Below, one piece after another: positions 48,935 through 61,929 of a stretch of 64,000 nt of DNA; positions within the stretch are counted from its first letter, which is position 1, and each line of letters begins with the position of its first letter. Source of the stretch: Azolla caroliniana. Lineage: Eukaryota > Plantae > Polypodiophyta. The DNA lies in NCBI GenBank assembly GCA_043228905.1, contig JBHGNT010000006.1, positions 10,788,001 through 10,852,000 on the forward strand, in the 5' to 3' direction. The notes under the pieces are model-generated. The model was not told where the DNA came from, searched no databases, and was given only the letters and a program-made list of their open reading frames with translations. A program made the translations under genes and the position numbers.

Positions 48935-49726
48935 AGCTATGGCTTATGAGAGGGAGAGCTATGAGGATGGGAAGGTGAACAAACTGTCACGGATCATAAA
49001 CTCAAGAGACAACCAAGAAGATAACCAAATGGACAAGAAAGAAGATAGTACTAAAGGAAAGACTCCATAACTGGTGTTGTTCACCTTGAATTCCTTCAAG
49101 GTGAACTCCTCTATTTATACTACATGGCATGCATACTTGTTGCACGCATGTGAATCTACAATAGAGCATGTAGGTATGCATGCATGTGCCAAGTGTAAAT
49201 ACTACAAGGGAGCAACTATGCACATGATGCTAGCAAAATAATAAGGACCAATTACATACATAACTAGTACTAGATATCTTGGTTAACTCATAATAGTAGA
49301 TTATAACATGGTCGTGTCAAGAGTTCGAATCTTGACACTTACACTCACAACATCATTGTGGCTATGCTTGTTTCATTGTTATACATCACGAAATCGAGGT
49401 GGCGAATAGGGATAACAAAAAAAAATTGTTGTAAAAGGATGGCGACAAAGTCATTCTCACAAAAAAGTGAGGACGGCCACCAAGATCCTTACCTTGAAAG
49501 ACAACCATCGATCAATTAACATAACATAACAAATTTTTAATATACACACATATATGTTCATGGCATGTATACGATTAAATACGTATACATGTGATTACAT
49601 ATGTGTATATAAAAGAATCGGTAACCAAAACATAACCAACGAATGATGCAAATGGGATACGTAATCGAGGCATATAGCCTCTACACACACGCGACATCCA
49701 AAAAAAAAGGGATGAAGGTAATACAC

Positions 49727-49925
49727 AATTGAGGTATTGACCTCTTATGCATATGACATAGATCTCATATCCTATACAGAACAATTGAGGTATTTACCTC
49801 ATACGCATACGTAACATATGTAAGTGAACGTAAAATGCAATCGAGGTATTGACCTCTTATGCATACGACACAAATCGTATATCAAATACATGTCAATTGA
49901 GGTATTGACCTCATACACATACATA
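49727..49925. repeat. Second array of 4 palindromic repeats (GAGGTattgACCTC)
   Basis: Copies near 49728, 49785, 49841 and 49896. Confidence 0.85.
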
Positions 49926-50615
49926 TGTACATTTTATACAACCAAACGATTACCACTACAACATATTTTAATGATTGAAATTAATACATAATGACATAGA
50001 CATGATTAGAAATGGGAGAAGAGAGAATATAAAAAAGAAAGAAGGTATCGAAGTTCCTTCGTTGATGCGTGTCTAGATCAATCTCGAATGAATATCAATC
50101 AATCACCATCGAAAACAAAAAATCAACAAAGAAAACGTTAGAAAAAACGCTCAGATACCAATTGTTAGAGCTTAATCCTAATGTAAGTATGAGATAAGGA
50201 AATATAAGATAAATAGATAAGAGAGGGGAGAGAAAGAAGGGTGTTGATCCACCTGACCACCCTGAACGAAAGGATCGCAACGGACTCGAGCCTCGATCGG
50301 CATCCCATACCACCACCGTGGCCTCGAGTCGTACCTAGTACTGACATGCTCACTACAAGAGTTTGATCACCAATAGGTCAGAGTCTCAACGTAGTCAAAA
50401 GATCTAAAATGAGGGTAGCTAGCCCTCACATTTATAGCCAGACCTAAGGCCCCCAAGAAAATTTACACTTGGCCGTTATGGGTTGTCCCAATTCCTAGGA
50501 TTAAAAGTAATCCTCCCTTCTTTACACTCTCATTTAACCCTCACAATTTATCCACATGTATAGCATACTATGGTATAATCTTACCATGGGATATTATATG
50601 TTCATTCTTGTAACA

Positions 50616-51588
50616 AGAACTCACCTTACTTTGGCACTACTGACTTAGACATCCACATCTTGCTCCTATGTGAACACTCCAAAAGATATGTTCTGCAAAT
50701 TTGACTTATGCGAAGTGTGCTTGTTTGGCAAAATGGCGTCATCAAAGTTTCCTACAAGTAATTCACGAAGAAGTCGACCTCTTGAACTTGTCCATAGTGA
50801 CATATGTGGTCCATTCCAAACTCAATCACTTTTTTAATTAAAATATTTCATTAGTTTCATCGACAATTATACAAGGTTTACGATACTACCATTCCTCCAA
50901 AGCAAAGACCAAGCTTTCATTACTTTTCAAAACTACAAATCACTAACAAAAAAGTAACTAAATCTATAATTGAAATGTCTACAATCTGATGGCAAGGGAG
51001 AATATACATCTAACAAGTTCACAAAATTTTGCAAAAAACATGGAATTAAATAACAAATTTCTATTCCTTCGAAACCACAACAAAATGGCCTAGCCAAACG
51101 AAAGAATCAAACACTCCTTAATTTGGCCTAAAGCATGCTTAGCCTAGTGCTCATCACTTTCCGCCCTCATTTTGGGAAGAAGATATCACCACAACATATT
51201 ACCTCCAAAATTGGAACTATCATTGAATACTTGGGTTAATCACATTGTACGAGTTATGGTTCAGAGTAAAACCAAATATGCAGTATCTTAAGATTTTCAG
51301 CCGCCTTGGATACATCGTCATTCCTACTGATAAAGGATTGAAGTTAGAGCAAAGAGCTCGAAAATTGATCTTTATCGGATACGGAGATGCAAACAGCCAC
51401 AAAGCTTATCATGTATTCAACCCCACCAAGAAGACCTTCTTCTATAGTCAAATCATCAAATTCAATGAGTCGACTCTTCTCGACTCCACAAAACCTAATC
51501 ACAACCTTATGAATGATCTTTGTGAAGAAGATGAAGAAATAAAAGATATGTTGGACTAAAAGTCCCACTCCACCCATTTTATTCTTAG
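50616..51588 (+). pseudogene. Degenerate Copia integrase fragment (element J)
   Basis: LWH motif, LELVHSDICGP, PQQNGLAKRKN, KLIFIGY. Confidence 0.85.
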
Positions 51589-52155
51589 TGTGAACACGTC
51601 CTCAAAGTTAGGGCTTAGTTACCCTAACTATAAGTATAAGGAATTGTATCTTGTACATAGAGTTTGAAGGGATTTTGCTTAATCATGTAACTATTATCCC
51701 TCTCTCTCTCTTACTCTATTTGTGTCTATCTTCTTGAGAGAATAGTGGACCATACCTCCATCCATCACTTGCTTGCTAAATCCATACTCAAGATTGATAC
51801 ACGCTTCCGTGTAAGTCAGCCTACTTCATACACAACAACCGACCAAGACACACGGTGCCTACAAAGTTGTATCAGAGCGAGGTTAAGATTTGAACAACAA
51901 TAATACGAGGAGGAAAATCGACTAAAGGAAAGGATCGGGTCAAACACCCACTTCCACAAGAATGATGGCCTCGACATCTAGCACTGGTTGCGAGATCAAA
52001 AACTTAGATAGCAAAAACTTTGCCCTCTAGAAGGAGATCATGCAAGATGTATTGATCATACGATGTCAAATAGAGGGCTATTCGGCACAACAACAAGCCG
52101 ACCTCGATCACTACTGACGAATGACGATCTCTTGACAAAATAGCAAGATCGACGT
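51589..52155 (+). mobile_element. Copia 5' fragment (LTR about 51589-51863, PBS, gag start)
   Basis: TG...CA, then ttgtatcagagcg at 51867-51879, then a degenerate gag N-terminus from 51962. Confidence 0.65.
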
Positions 52156-52391
52156 ATCATGAACATCATGGCATCACCTAGACTAGAACTCAAGACCTTG
52201 TCTTGGATACATAATCGAAAACCCAACCATTGAGATTGCCTCTTTCTATCTTAATACACTCATTCTTCTCTTATCATTTTGTTCCTTTATTCTTGTGTTC
52301 TCTTTATATCCTTCTTCCATCACTCTATCGTTTACGCTTGGTTTTGATAGTTTGATTTGAATATTCTCTCTCTATCCTCTTCTATAAACAA

Positions 52392-52849
52392 TGTAAAAGT
52401 TAATATGTGGAAGCTAGATAAACCGGCTCAGCCGGATAACAACAATAAAACATAAATGAAGGTTTAATTGAAGCTTAAGAGTACACAGTACATGGGAGAG
52501 ACAGAGAGAGCAGAATAGCATGAGCTCAATTCAAAATAATAATACTCTGTACATACAAAACAGTTTTTATACAAGTTCTTAAAAGGACTGACAGAAGTAC
52601 TGACAAGTACTTCAATGCTCATACAAGCAACTGACACTAACTCTAAGGAGTCTACCTATGTACTAGGCCAAGATTGTAGACCTCTAATAGCCTACCGATT
52701 ACCATCTGATCCAGCTCTTGGTTCCGGATACCTATCCGGTTCTCCATTCTGGATACTGATCCGGCTCCTGCCTATTCAGTTGATGCGAATCCGGTTGAGC
52801 TTGCCCGCTCAACACTCCCCCTCTAGCTCAACTTGAGGTCGTATCGCTA
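52392..52849 (-). mobile_element. Copia K 3' LTR (52392-52814) with PPT; related to the LTR of L
   Basis: Ends gcttgcccgctcaaca like 41981-41995 and is followed by ctccccctct. Confidence 0.8.
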
Positions 52850-55800
52850 TGTGTGTGCATCGGTCCTTTCCTCTAGCTCTGTTACCGACTAGGAACACAG
52901 TCTACAGTCAGTCCTTCGACCTAGACCTCCAAGTGACTGTGGTACAACGAAGGGTAGCATCTGTGCGTAATACTGAGTGGGATATTCCCTGTAACCTAGC
53001 AGTGTATAACGGAGACAACTACAACCGAGCTCCTTTGACAGTGGGCTAGCGCACACACCGTTACTTACTCCTACGCTCTCAAGTGTTACAGACACACAGT
53101 AGATTAGTTGTAGCTACACACAAATATCAGAGATGATAGAACTCTATTATGATACGCCTCTTACATTCAAAATTACACGCTCCCCCTATCAGAGGTTTCC
53201 TGCCCTTTATATACGCAGGGTCTTTTAGCCGTTCACGCTTCCCGTGTGAACCGTTACATGCGTTACAATATTATACTATTCCATATTCCTGCGCTCTTGT
53301 CCGTCGGTTACTATTCCGGAAAACAACACCTAGCACGCCTGTGGGACAGTGCCATGGCACATTGGACCCATCCCTTTAATCTTCTTCCAAAATGGCCCTC
53401 ATGTTTGGCTCTGCTACAGTGTCCGTGTCTGGGGACGGCGTAGAACCCGTAGGTGCATCGTAGTGTGGTTCCCTTGCTTGATCGGGAGGGCTTCTCATGG
53501 TGTCGCGATCGTCCTGTGTCGGCGGTCCGGTTTCTGTGGGCTCTTCTTGGACTGGGGGGTTTGGCTCAACCGTCAGCGGGCTTGCGGTCGGTCGCGGCTC
53601 CGTTTTGTTCGTCACTTCCTCCGTGGTGTCGTCCGTCGTTGTACGCTCTGGGGAGTGGGGTTGCGGTTCCTCTTGGTCCGCAATGTTCTCCATGCGGTCG
53701 GCCGATAGCGTATGCTCCAGTAGATGGGGTTCCTCTTGAGTAGTGGTTTCGTTGTCTGGTATTGTGGGGGACTTTGTTCGCCGATCTGCGCTGTTCACTG
53801 TAGTTGTAATTTTTGGTGACTTGGCCTAAGGTTCCTCTTCTTTAGCAGTATCCAAAATTGGTGTCGCGATGGATTCCTCGTTTATCCGCATGCTGCCGGC
53901 TTTCATGATATGGTGAAACAGATCCTCCTAACTTTCACCAAAATCATCTAATAGCTGCGCGAGTTCTTTGGAATGTTGGTCCGCTAGCGTGCGATAGTCC
54001 TGTGCTAGGTCCTCGCGTACTACCGCAATGCTTTCCTCATTGAGTTTACAGAAGCCTCGGCCGTCTTTTCTCCGGTTCTCCCAGTCTGCTCGATATGCGT
54101 GCAATTCCGCTGCTTGTGCCACCCACGCCATCCATCCTTTGTCTAGCGTCGTTTTCAATTGCGTCGTAAACCTCTCCTGATTCGTTTGTAGAAGGATACA
54201 CACGTTGTCTGTGATGGCCTGGCAACGGTTGCGTGCTTCTTCCACAGACTTCTTGAGGTTTGCAATTTCTTGCTGACTAACTGTCGCCGCTTCTTCATAC
54301 GTGCTCTTCATACCCGCCCACAGCTGGGATTCCTTCGCATGTAGTTCTTCTAGTTTTCCCATTGTTCAGGTGAAATTTCGAACTGATGCCTTCTTTCCTG
54401 TTCGCCCATCAGCTGCTCGTCGAACCAAGCTTTCTTTTTCTCCAATAAGGCCTGGAGTCCCGCGATTGCCACCTCCGATTTTTTCGCTTCCTCCCGTAAT
54501 TGGGCGTTTTCTTCTTTTGTTCGGGTGTGTTGTGTTGTCTCCGCAACGAGTTTCTCTTCAAGGGTTTTTACTACCTTTCAACCGTTGGCCCGGATGTCCT
54601 TTTCCCTGTCTGAGGACTGGCGAAGTTCAGCGCGGAAGCGGTCAATTTCTGATTTCGCTAGTTGTACAGCCCATTTTGCTTTTGAGGCAATGGCGGTCTG
54701 AGCCTCAATCTCTTCCTTCAAGGCTTCGATGGTGTTGTTTGGTGGTGGAGCTGCCTGTTGCGCTGTAGTAGTGTTATTTTCCAACTCCGCAATGCGTTCG
54801 TTGGCTTTTTGCAGCTCGGCTTGGGTCAGTTTAACCTTCTTCCAAACATTCTTATTTTTAATGGCCATCTCCTTGGCGCCCATGCTGACCTTTGCCAGTT
54901 CCCTATGAACTTCGACTAGGGCCGCGTTTAATGGGGGTAGTTCCATCCCCATTCAGCGCATACCGGTGTTCCTCCGTTTGCCAACTTCGGCTAACTGGTC
55001 CTCATTGTCGCTCTTCGTCATTTGTGTTAAGGTTCGCTCGATCATCTGGCGCTCCACGTGTTCCTCGGTCATTCGTTGTGAGACCTTTATCTGTTGCGTT
55101 GCCAAGAATTCCATGAGCTCAAAAGAGGTTCCGAATTGTAATAGTGCGCTAAACTCATGGGTTGTGTCCGGGATATCTGGATATGCCAAGACCTCACTTT
55201 CCGCCGTCAATACGGCTTTCCCTCGTTGTGACTGGGCCGTAATGATCGGCCGTGGCTCCCGGATTATTTCGAAGGTGGTGTTGGGCTCCGTAGCTATGGA
55301 GTCGTCGCCTACGGTCTTTGTCTTTGCTGCCGCGAGTATGTCTTTAACTAATCCTCGCCCATCTTTCCTGTCTAGCCTCTACCGTTTCGGCCTGGGGCTT
55401 TCCTGTCGTGGTTCGGCGTCTGGCTCTGGTGCCGCTTCCTCGAAGCGCGCCGCCTGCTCTTCCGGCGTTGTCCGTGTGTCCGGCTGGGCGGGTTGGGGTT
55501 CATCCTCCCACTCTATGGTGGCTAACTCCGCTAACCTGCGCTTCGTGGATCGAGGCGGCGGTGTGGGTCTGCTGGGCTGCGGTGCCGGCAAGCCTCGGGG
55601 TGGGAATAGTACCGTCAGGTACTATTGTATGATAGGCCTGAGCTTCTTGCCTCCTTGATACGCGTGCAGGCCTTCCCTTAACGTCGGCCCCGTGATGACC
55701 CCCCAATCGACCGTACGCCCTTCAAAGGTATCAATAATGATACCTGCCTTCTGCTTGGGCATGCCATATGCATTTACATGTACGCATCCGATCTCTAATA

Positions 55801-58800
55801 GGAACTTGGCAACTTCGCGAAAAAAGGGATCCAGGATCTCCTTTGTTCTATGTGCCTTGGTGGAGGACGAATATGGACCGAAATATCTCCGCAGCGACTC
55901 CGTAGGAGGGATTTCGAAATGTTTTTCCCCTAGTGATGACAAGTCGAACTTTTTCCGAATGGATGAGTTGGTGACCGTGTCGATGTTGAGCTTTCTGCCG
56001 ATGTCCAATGCATCCGGGTGTGGAGGTGCCTTTGTGACCCTGATGTACCCATCCAGGCGTTTCTCCACGAGCCATCGACGTAAGGCGGTAGAGATAAATA
56101 TTGGCATAGTCAGAGTAGGCTCGTGGGGGGAAGATTGTTGGTTGCGTTGGGCTTGAGCTCTGTGATAGGATGGAGGAGAAGGTGAGGGAGGGGAGCGATG
56201 AGAGTTAGGAGGTGGATTTATGTATTGTGTAGAAGACCTTCGATTTCCTTCTTTTTCTGGCCTAGGGTTCATTGGGCGGTGAGCCATCGTGGTGCCACGT
56301 GTTCTTGGTCTAGAAGTCTGTGCATGCATTCAGTCCTTTTTTAATAGCATCGCTATCTTCTCTTTTTTTTTCTTTTTTCTTTTTTCTTTTTTCTTCGTAA
56401 CGGTTACATACAAGCCTATTTTTACACTATGATACAAGTGGGGCCGTCCACTCACGCCGCGGGTTCTTCGGCTTTGTCCTGTCCAGCGGGGAATGGGTTA
56501 GGTGGCATACATCCCAGATAGGGTTTAAGGCAAAACCCATTCACCTTTTGTCGTAAGACTTCCCCGGCCATCGTGCCTAGTTGGAATGTGCCTTGTTCCG
56601 CTCCTATTATCCAGTATGGGCCTATCCAACGGAATCGTAACTTTCCTAGCGTATGGCCCATGCGGGTTTGGAAAACCAGTACCACTCTATCGACCTCGAA
56701 ATCTTTTCCTGTGTGTTCCGATGTCGATCCACAAACGCTTTACGCCATCGTTGTTCCTGCTCCAACATAGCCATGCTGTGTACGCATGTTTCGTTGAGTT
56801 CGAGTAGTTAGTGGAGTTGTACTTCCTCCGACTTGGCTTACGATAGTCGGTCCCGTACCTGAATCCATAAACTAGGTATCCGAAACTCTACCGGCATAAT
56901 GGCCTCCAACAAAAACACTAGTCGAAAGGGTGTTGACTGTATGCTTGTTTTGTAGCTAGTTCTGTACGCCCATAACGCACTATGTAATTTGGTATACCAG
57001 TTCGTTCTATTTTCATTGACGATTTTCTTTAATATGGTTTGCAACGTCTTGTTGGTGGATTCCGCCAACCCATTCGCCTGTGGATAATATGGCGTACTTT
57101 TCTTGTGGACTACGGCGTAATGATGTGTCAGTTCCCGAATGACTGTATTGAGAAAGTGGCCCCCCTGATCACTGATAAGCTCAATCGAACAACCGAACCA
57201 ACACCAGATGTGTTCATAAAGGAATCTCGTTGTGACGGTCGTCGTATTCTCTCGTAGTGCCTTTGCTTCTACCCACTTGGTGCAATAATCCGTGGCTACC
57301 AATATTTATTTATTGCCCATACGGGCCGCCGCCAGTGTGAAGGGGCCCACAAAATCCAATCCCCACTTTTGGAAGGGATCTAACGGTAATACGAGCTGGT
57401 GTGGCATTCTTGCACCCTCTGTGGGTTGGCCCATCCGTTGACACAAATCGCACTTTCTGCAATATGCGTATGCGTCCTTCTGTGTAGTCGGCCACCATAG
57501 GCCTGCTTGCCATATTTTCCAGGCCGTAACATCGCCGCATAGTGTCCGCCTGTCGTGCCGCAATGAGCCTCCCGTAAGACCGCTTCTTTCTCATCCTGGC
57601 GTACACCGCGTCGCCAAATGCCATCACTACCTTTATGATATAAGATTCCTTCTACCAGGCAGAAGTTACGGCTCCAGACAGCTAATTGTTTCTTCTCGTC
57701 CGTGCGTAATTGTGGTGGAGGTAGTCCCGTAGTAAAAAAGTATGTCATTTCCATGAGCCATTGGTCCGGAAAGGCTGTTTCCGTTTTTCCAGCTAGTGCT
57801 GCTACCCGCAGAATGTCTGTGTCTGCGTCCAGAAAGTCATCGTCGTCCTTCTGCGCCGTTTCTCCATTATCGAGTCTACTCAAAAAACCTGCCACTACAT
57901 GTTGCGTACTCGGGTGGTGCTGAATTACAAAATCGAATTCTTGAAGCAACAGCATCCATCGCGCAAATTTCCCCGTCAGTGCTTGTTTCTCCACCAAATA
58001 CAACAGTGTTGAATGATCCTAGTGGAACGTGAATTTCCTCCTTAGTAGATAATGCCGGAATTTATTGATGTTATACATCATCCCCAACGTCTCACGCTCC
58101 GTTGTGGAATAGTTACGCTCCATTGTTGATAATTTGCAACTAGCGTAGTACACTGGCCGGTACCAATTCGGTTCAGTGAGCTGCATTAGCACACTTCCTA
58201 TTGCTATGTCTGAGGCGTCTACGAACACGTGGAATGGCTTCGCCCAAACTGGTGGTTGTACGACGAGTGCCTGCATGAGCATTATCTTGAGCGCATCATA
58301 GGCCTTGTCTTTCGTTGCAGTCCATTGGAAGGGAGTCTGATGCACGGGGGCATGTAACGGCGTGGCGAAGTCCGCCAAGTATCGTATCATCCGACTATGC
58401 CATCGTATTTTTCCTAAAAACCAGTTGAGTGATTTCGCATTTGTCGGAGTTTTAGCTTAAGTAATCGCGGAGATTTTGTTCGGATCGACCGCTATCGCTT
58501 CCTTGCTGACTATATGGCCTAGGACAGCCCCGCTAGTAACGCCGAAGGCACATTTCGCGGGTTTCAGGCTTAAGCGTACGGTGCGGCAACGTTCCAGACA
58601 CAATTGCAGATGCCTAAAATGGTCGGTTGTTTTCCCATATACCGCAAAATCATCTAAAAAAACTTGCATGAATGCCGGAATATATTCCCCAAAGATCTCC
58701 GTGATTGTCCATTGGCATGTCGTCGGCGCTGTCTTTAGCCCGAACATCATGACGACTGCCACATAGACTCCCAAGTCCGTGACAAATGCCATCTTCTCTT

Positions 58801-61302
58801 GGTCATCGGGATGCATGCGTACCTGGTTGTATCCACTGAAGCCATCTAAAAAACTGTACATGTCATACCCTGCGACGGTGTCCAGTATGCTATCGGTGAA
58901 TGGTAAAGGGAATGCGTCTGTAATGGCTTTGGCGTTTAATTTTCAGTAATCCACGCATACTCGTATTTTGCCGTTTTTCTTTGGAACGACTACTATCGGA
59001 CTTAACCATGTAGCTTGTTTAACTAGCCGTATGAATCCCGCCTTTAGAAGTTTGTCAATTTCTTCTTTTATGCAGGTCGCGTAGTTCGGGTTCATGCGGT
59101 AGCGACGCTGCTGGACCGGTTTTGCGTTGATTGCTAAATTAATCTTATGTTGATAGAACTTCGGATCTAACCCCTTCATGTCCTCGTGAGCCTAGGCGAA
59201 CACATCTTTATATTTCTTGAGTAGTTCGATCATCACGTCTCTCTGGTCCGGCCTTAATTCTTTTGCGATGTAGAGGAAACGGGGTTCTGACGTCATACCC
59301 ACGTTTACTTCTTCCAGGGCTGAGGCGGTGATTCGTCGTGAAATTTCCATTTCCCTCTCGAACGCTGCCCGTGCTCTGCTTAGCTCTAATATTGACTCTG
59401 GGTTTGGTTCGTAAGCCTCGTCGTGGAGAGTAGTGGCCATGGCATATTCTTCCGCGGTTGCGATGGCGTTGATTTCGAACAACGGAATAATCCGAGGGTG
59501 CTCGTCTAGGTATGCCTCTAATTCTGTATCATCCACCCCAGCCAACATATTTATATCTTCCGCGTATAATGGTGTTATACCCTTGGATTGTGTCACCCTT
59601 TCCTCCATTGGTACGTGAACCTTGGTGCGTCTATGCTGAAAACTGATACACTTGTGTTGCCAGCTCTGCTTGATATTCGTTGCACGAAGCCACGGTCTAC
59701 CCAGGGGCGTCCAGAGCGAGGACTACCGCCGAGATGTCGAAGCAATGTCCTCCCACGATAATGCCTACCTTGCGTATCAACCCCAATGGTCGTACTGAGT
59801 GGGTATCTGAGTGGGAGCTAGAACGGGCAAGCCTCCCATTCTGAAATTCCTAACTACTCGCATGTTTTCGCGCTAATTACTTTAACGCCCGAGCCGCCAT
59901 CGATTACGCATCCTGGGATTTCCTGACCGTGTAAGATCAACGTCATAGTCGGGTTGTGGTGATCCACTACAGACGGTCCGTCTCTAATGTGCATAAAATT
60001 CGTAGCGACGCTCACCCCGGGTATGCCCGTCACCCGCTCTTCCACGGTCTGGCGGAAGAGTGGGACTAGTTGTAGTAGCTTCTCCATTGTTAACGTTATC
60101 TCGTAGCCTGCCAGTGCTTGCCAAATGGGATCTGGGGCGGTCCTTCATCCTCCACTAGCTCCATCGTTTTTGCAGATTCCTTCCGCATGTGTTCCGTATT
60201 TGTCACGTTTGCTTTTTCAACCCATGCCTGGGTTGTTCGTCATATATCATCTTGTGTGGCCCAATCACCCATTTTTGTTTGTTGACGTGTCGTGACTTGC
60301 TGCACTTTTGCCGTAATCATATTGACGGCGGGCCCCTTGCCCTTGCGTACTGGGCATTGTGTGGCATAATGTCCGGGTTGCTGACAAACAAAACAATGGA
60401 TGCTAGATTCGCCCTTCTCGGCCCCTCACCGTCCAACTTCGTTTGTCGGAGTGTACGCGGTGGTTGTTGTTGGTCCTGGCATGGTTCTTGGTGCCGGTCA
60501 TCATCCGAGCTTTCGTCATATCGCCGATGGTCCCAATATTGCCGCTGCTTTCCACGAGGTTCATTGAAGCCGCCACGTTTGTTTGTAGGCCAGTGATTCT
60601 CATAGCGCCGACCCCCTTTAGCATATCTAGGAGGACCACGATAGTCCTCATCCTCCGGCTCGTCTTCATCGGAATCGTTGTGATTTCAGTGATTTCGGTA
60701 GTGTTAGTCGTCACATGGGTTGCGATCCATATACCGTGGTCGGTCTTCTTGCCTCCTTTGTTCAGGACGGCGTGGGGGACGTTGTGTGTCCATGCTGCAT
60801 ACTATGGGAGCGGCTCTGTTCAGCATATTGTATTCGCACTGCTCGACTGTGTGAGCCTTCGAGTGACAGATTGGGCAGTGGATTTGCATGTTGCACTCCA
60901 CTGCGGAATGCCCCGAATTCAAGCAAATCGTGCACTGGATTGCATGACGAAAATGTCGTTCCTCGTCCTGAGGTAACGCTTGTCATAATAAGGACATAGA
61001 AAACCTTTCCTCTTCTTCGTCCAGCTCGAGCTGTAACGCTCATTCGATGACCATATCGGTTGTTTCCCCTTTCACGCTATTGTTGTTGAGCGTTGTCCGT
61101 ATAGGTCGGCGTAATGCTGCCAGAAATGTCTCCCGAGCCTCGTCCTCCGCGGGGCCCTGTTCTAGTTTCCGCCGTAAATTTTGGAAACGTAAGCTGAAAT
61201 CCGCAATCTTCTCAGTCGGTAGCTGCTTAATTGTATAGAACTGTCTGAGGATTTCGCGTTGTGGAACCCTCCGATGGAAGAACTGCAAAAAGGCATACTG
61301 CA
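52850..61302 (-). mobile_element. Non-chromoviral Gypsy M (Athila/Tat-like) with an extra 3' ORF, 5'-truncated
   Basis: 3' LTR 52850-53361 with PPT. INT ([23 protein letters not shown]) 56452-57627, RH, RT (FLDD) 58457-59179, PR (IDGGSG) 59854-60087, gag 60400-61300. Confidence 0.88.
53376..56329 (-). pseudogene. Large extra ORF between integrase and 3' LTR, broken into at least 6 pieces
   Basis: Collinear sense ORFs 55622-56329, 55379-55591, 54953-55210, 54578-54952, 53928-54362 and 53376-53798, with a coiled-coil-like middle and an acidic Pro/Thr tail. Confidence 0.65.
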
Positions 61303-61815
61303 GCTGGTTGCTTCGTTTGAGCATAGAACACAGGGTTATTGGCTAGGTGCATACTGCTCATGTTGTTGCAGTAGATCAAGATCAGAGTCGGTACTTCGAT
61401 CCGGAGGTCTTGCAGCAGCCGCCAAAGCCCTATGGCTTTACAGGTGGCAACAGTAGTGCCCCAATACTCAGCCTTAGTGCTCAATACAGCCACAATTGGT
61501 TGGTTCTTGTTGTTCCACGCAACAATCGCGCTACCGAGAGAGAACATGTAACCAGAAGTGGACCGATGATCTACGCATCACTGGCCCAGTCAACATCCGT
61601 ATATCCGATTAGCTTTTCAGTTATACCATGTTGGTATAACAGTCCTTGGTCCTTAATGCCGCCAACATACCTTAATATTCGGTGCACACACTGAAGGTGC
61701 TCCACCGTCGGCTTCTGCATAAACTTACTTATCACCTCGACCGGATAGCTAATGTCGGTTCGGGTGATAGTAAGATATATGAGACTTCCGACAATCTGTC
61801 GGAACCGTTTCTCAT
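61303..61815 (-). pseudogene. Copia RT/RNase H fragment, possibly part of K
   Basis: VGSLIYLTITRTDI and FSLGSA..W..K.QP..ALS..AEY..NPVFYAQTK motifs. Confidence 0.85.
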
Positions 61816-61929
61816 TGCGAACAGCGCTCCAACGAGAGTTATCCGGACACCGATCCGGTTAATCCTTCTTCCCATGCCGGCTCCTTGGTTCGAGAACTCG
61901 GTGGTCCCACCTTGTTTCAACACATCTAC

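Larger units (their letters stand above)
44062..49337 (-). mobile_element. Young, nearly intact Tcn1-like chromoviral Gypsy I
   Basis: 353-bp LTRs 44062-44414 and 48985-49337 with about 2 visible differences; TSD cttac/cttac; PPT at 44415. Confidence 0.96.
12945..50615 (-). mobile_element. Old Gypsy element D (chromovirus-like), fragmented host of a large nest
   Basis: INT 12945-14238; RH 14333-14523 rejoining 22018-22200; RT/PR 22200-23167; gag 23170-23268 rejoining 32363-33282; long duplicated 5' UTR; iMet PBS 50151-50160; LTR TGTTA...TAACA 50163-50615. Linking the UTR and LTR to D is an inference from collinearity. Confidence 0.65.

Noticed and set aside
60443-60976. Hydrophobic plus-strand ORF resembling a membrane or env protein
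   Set aside because: Antisense shadow of charged, repetitive gag codons.
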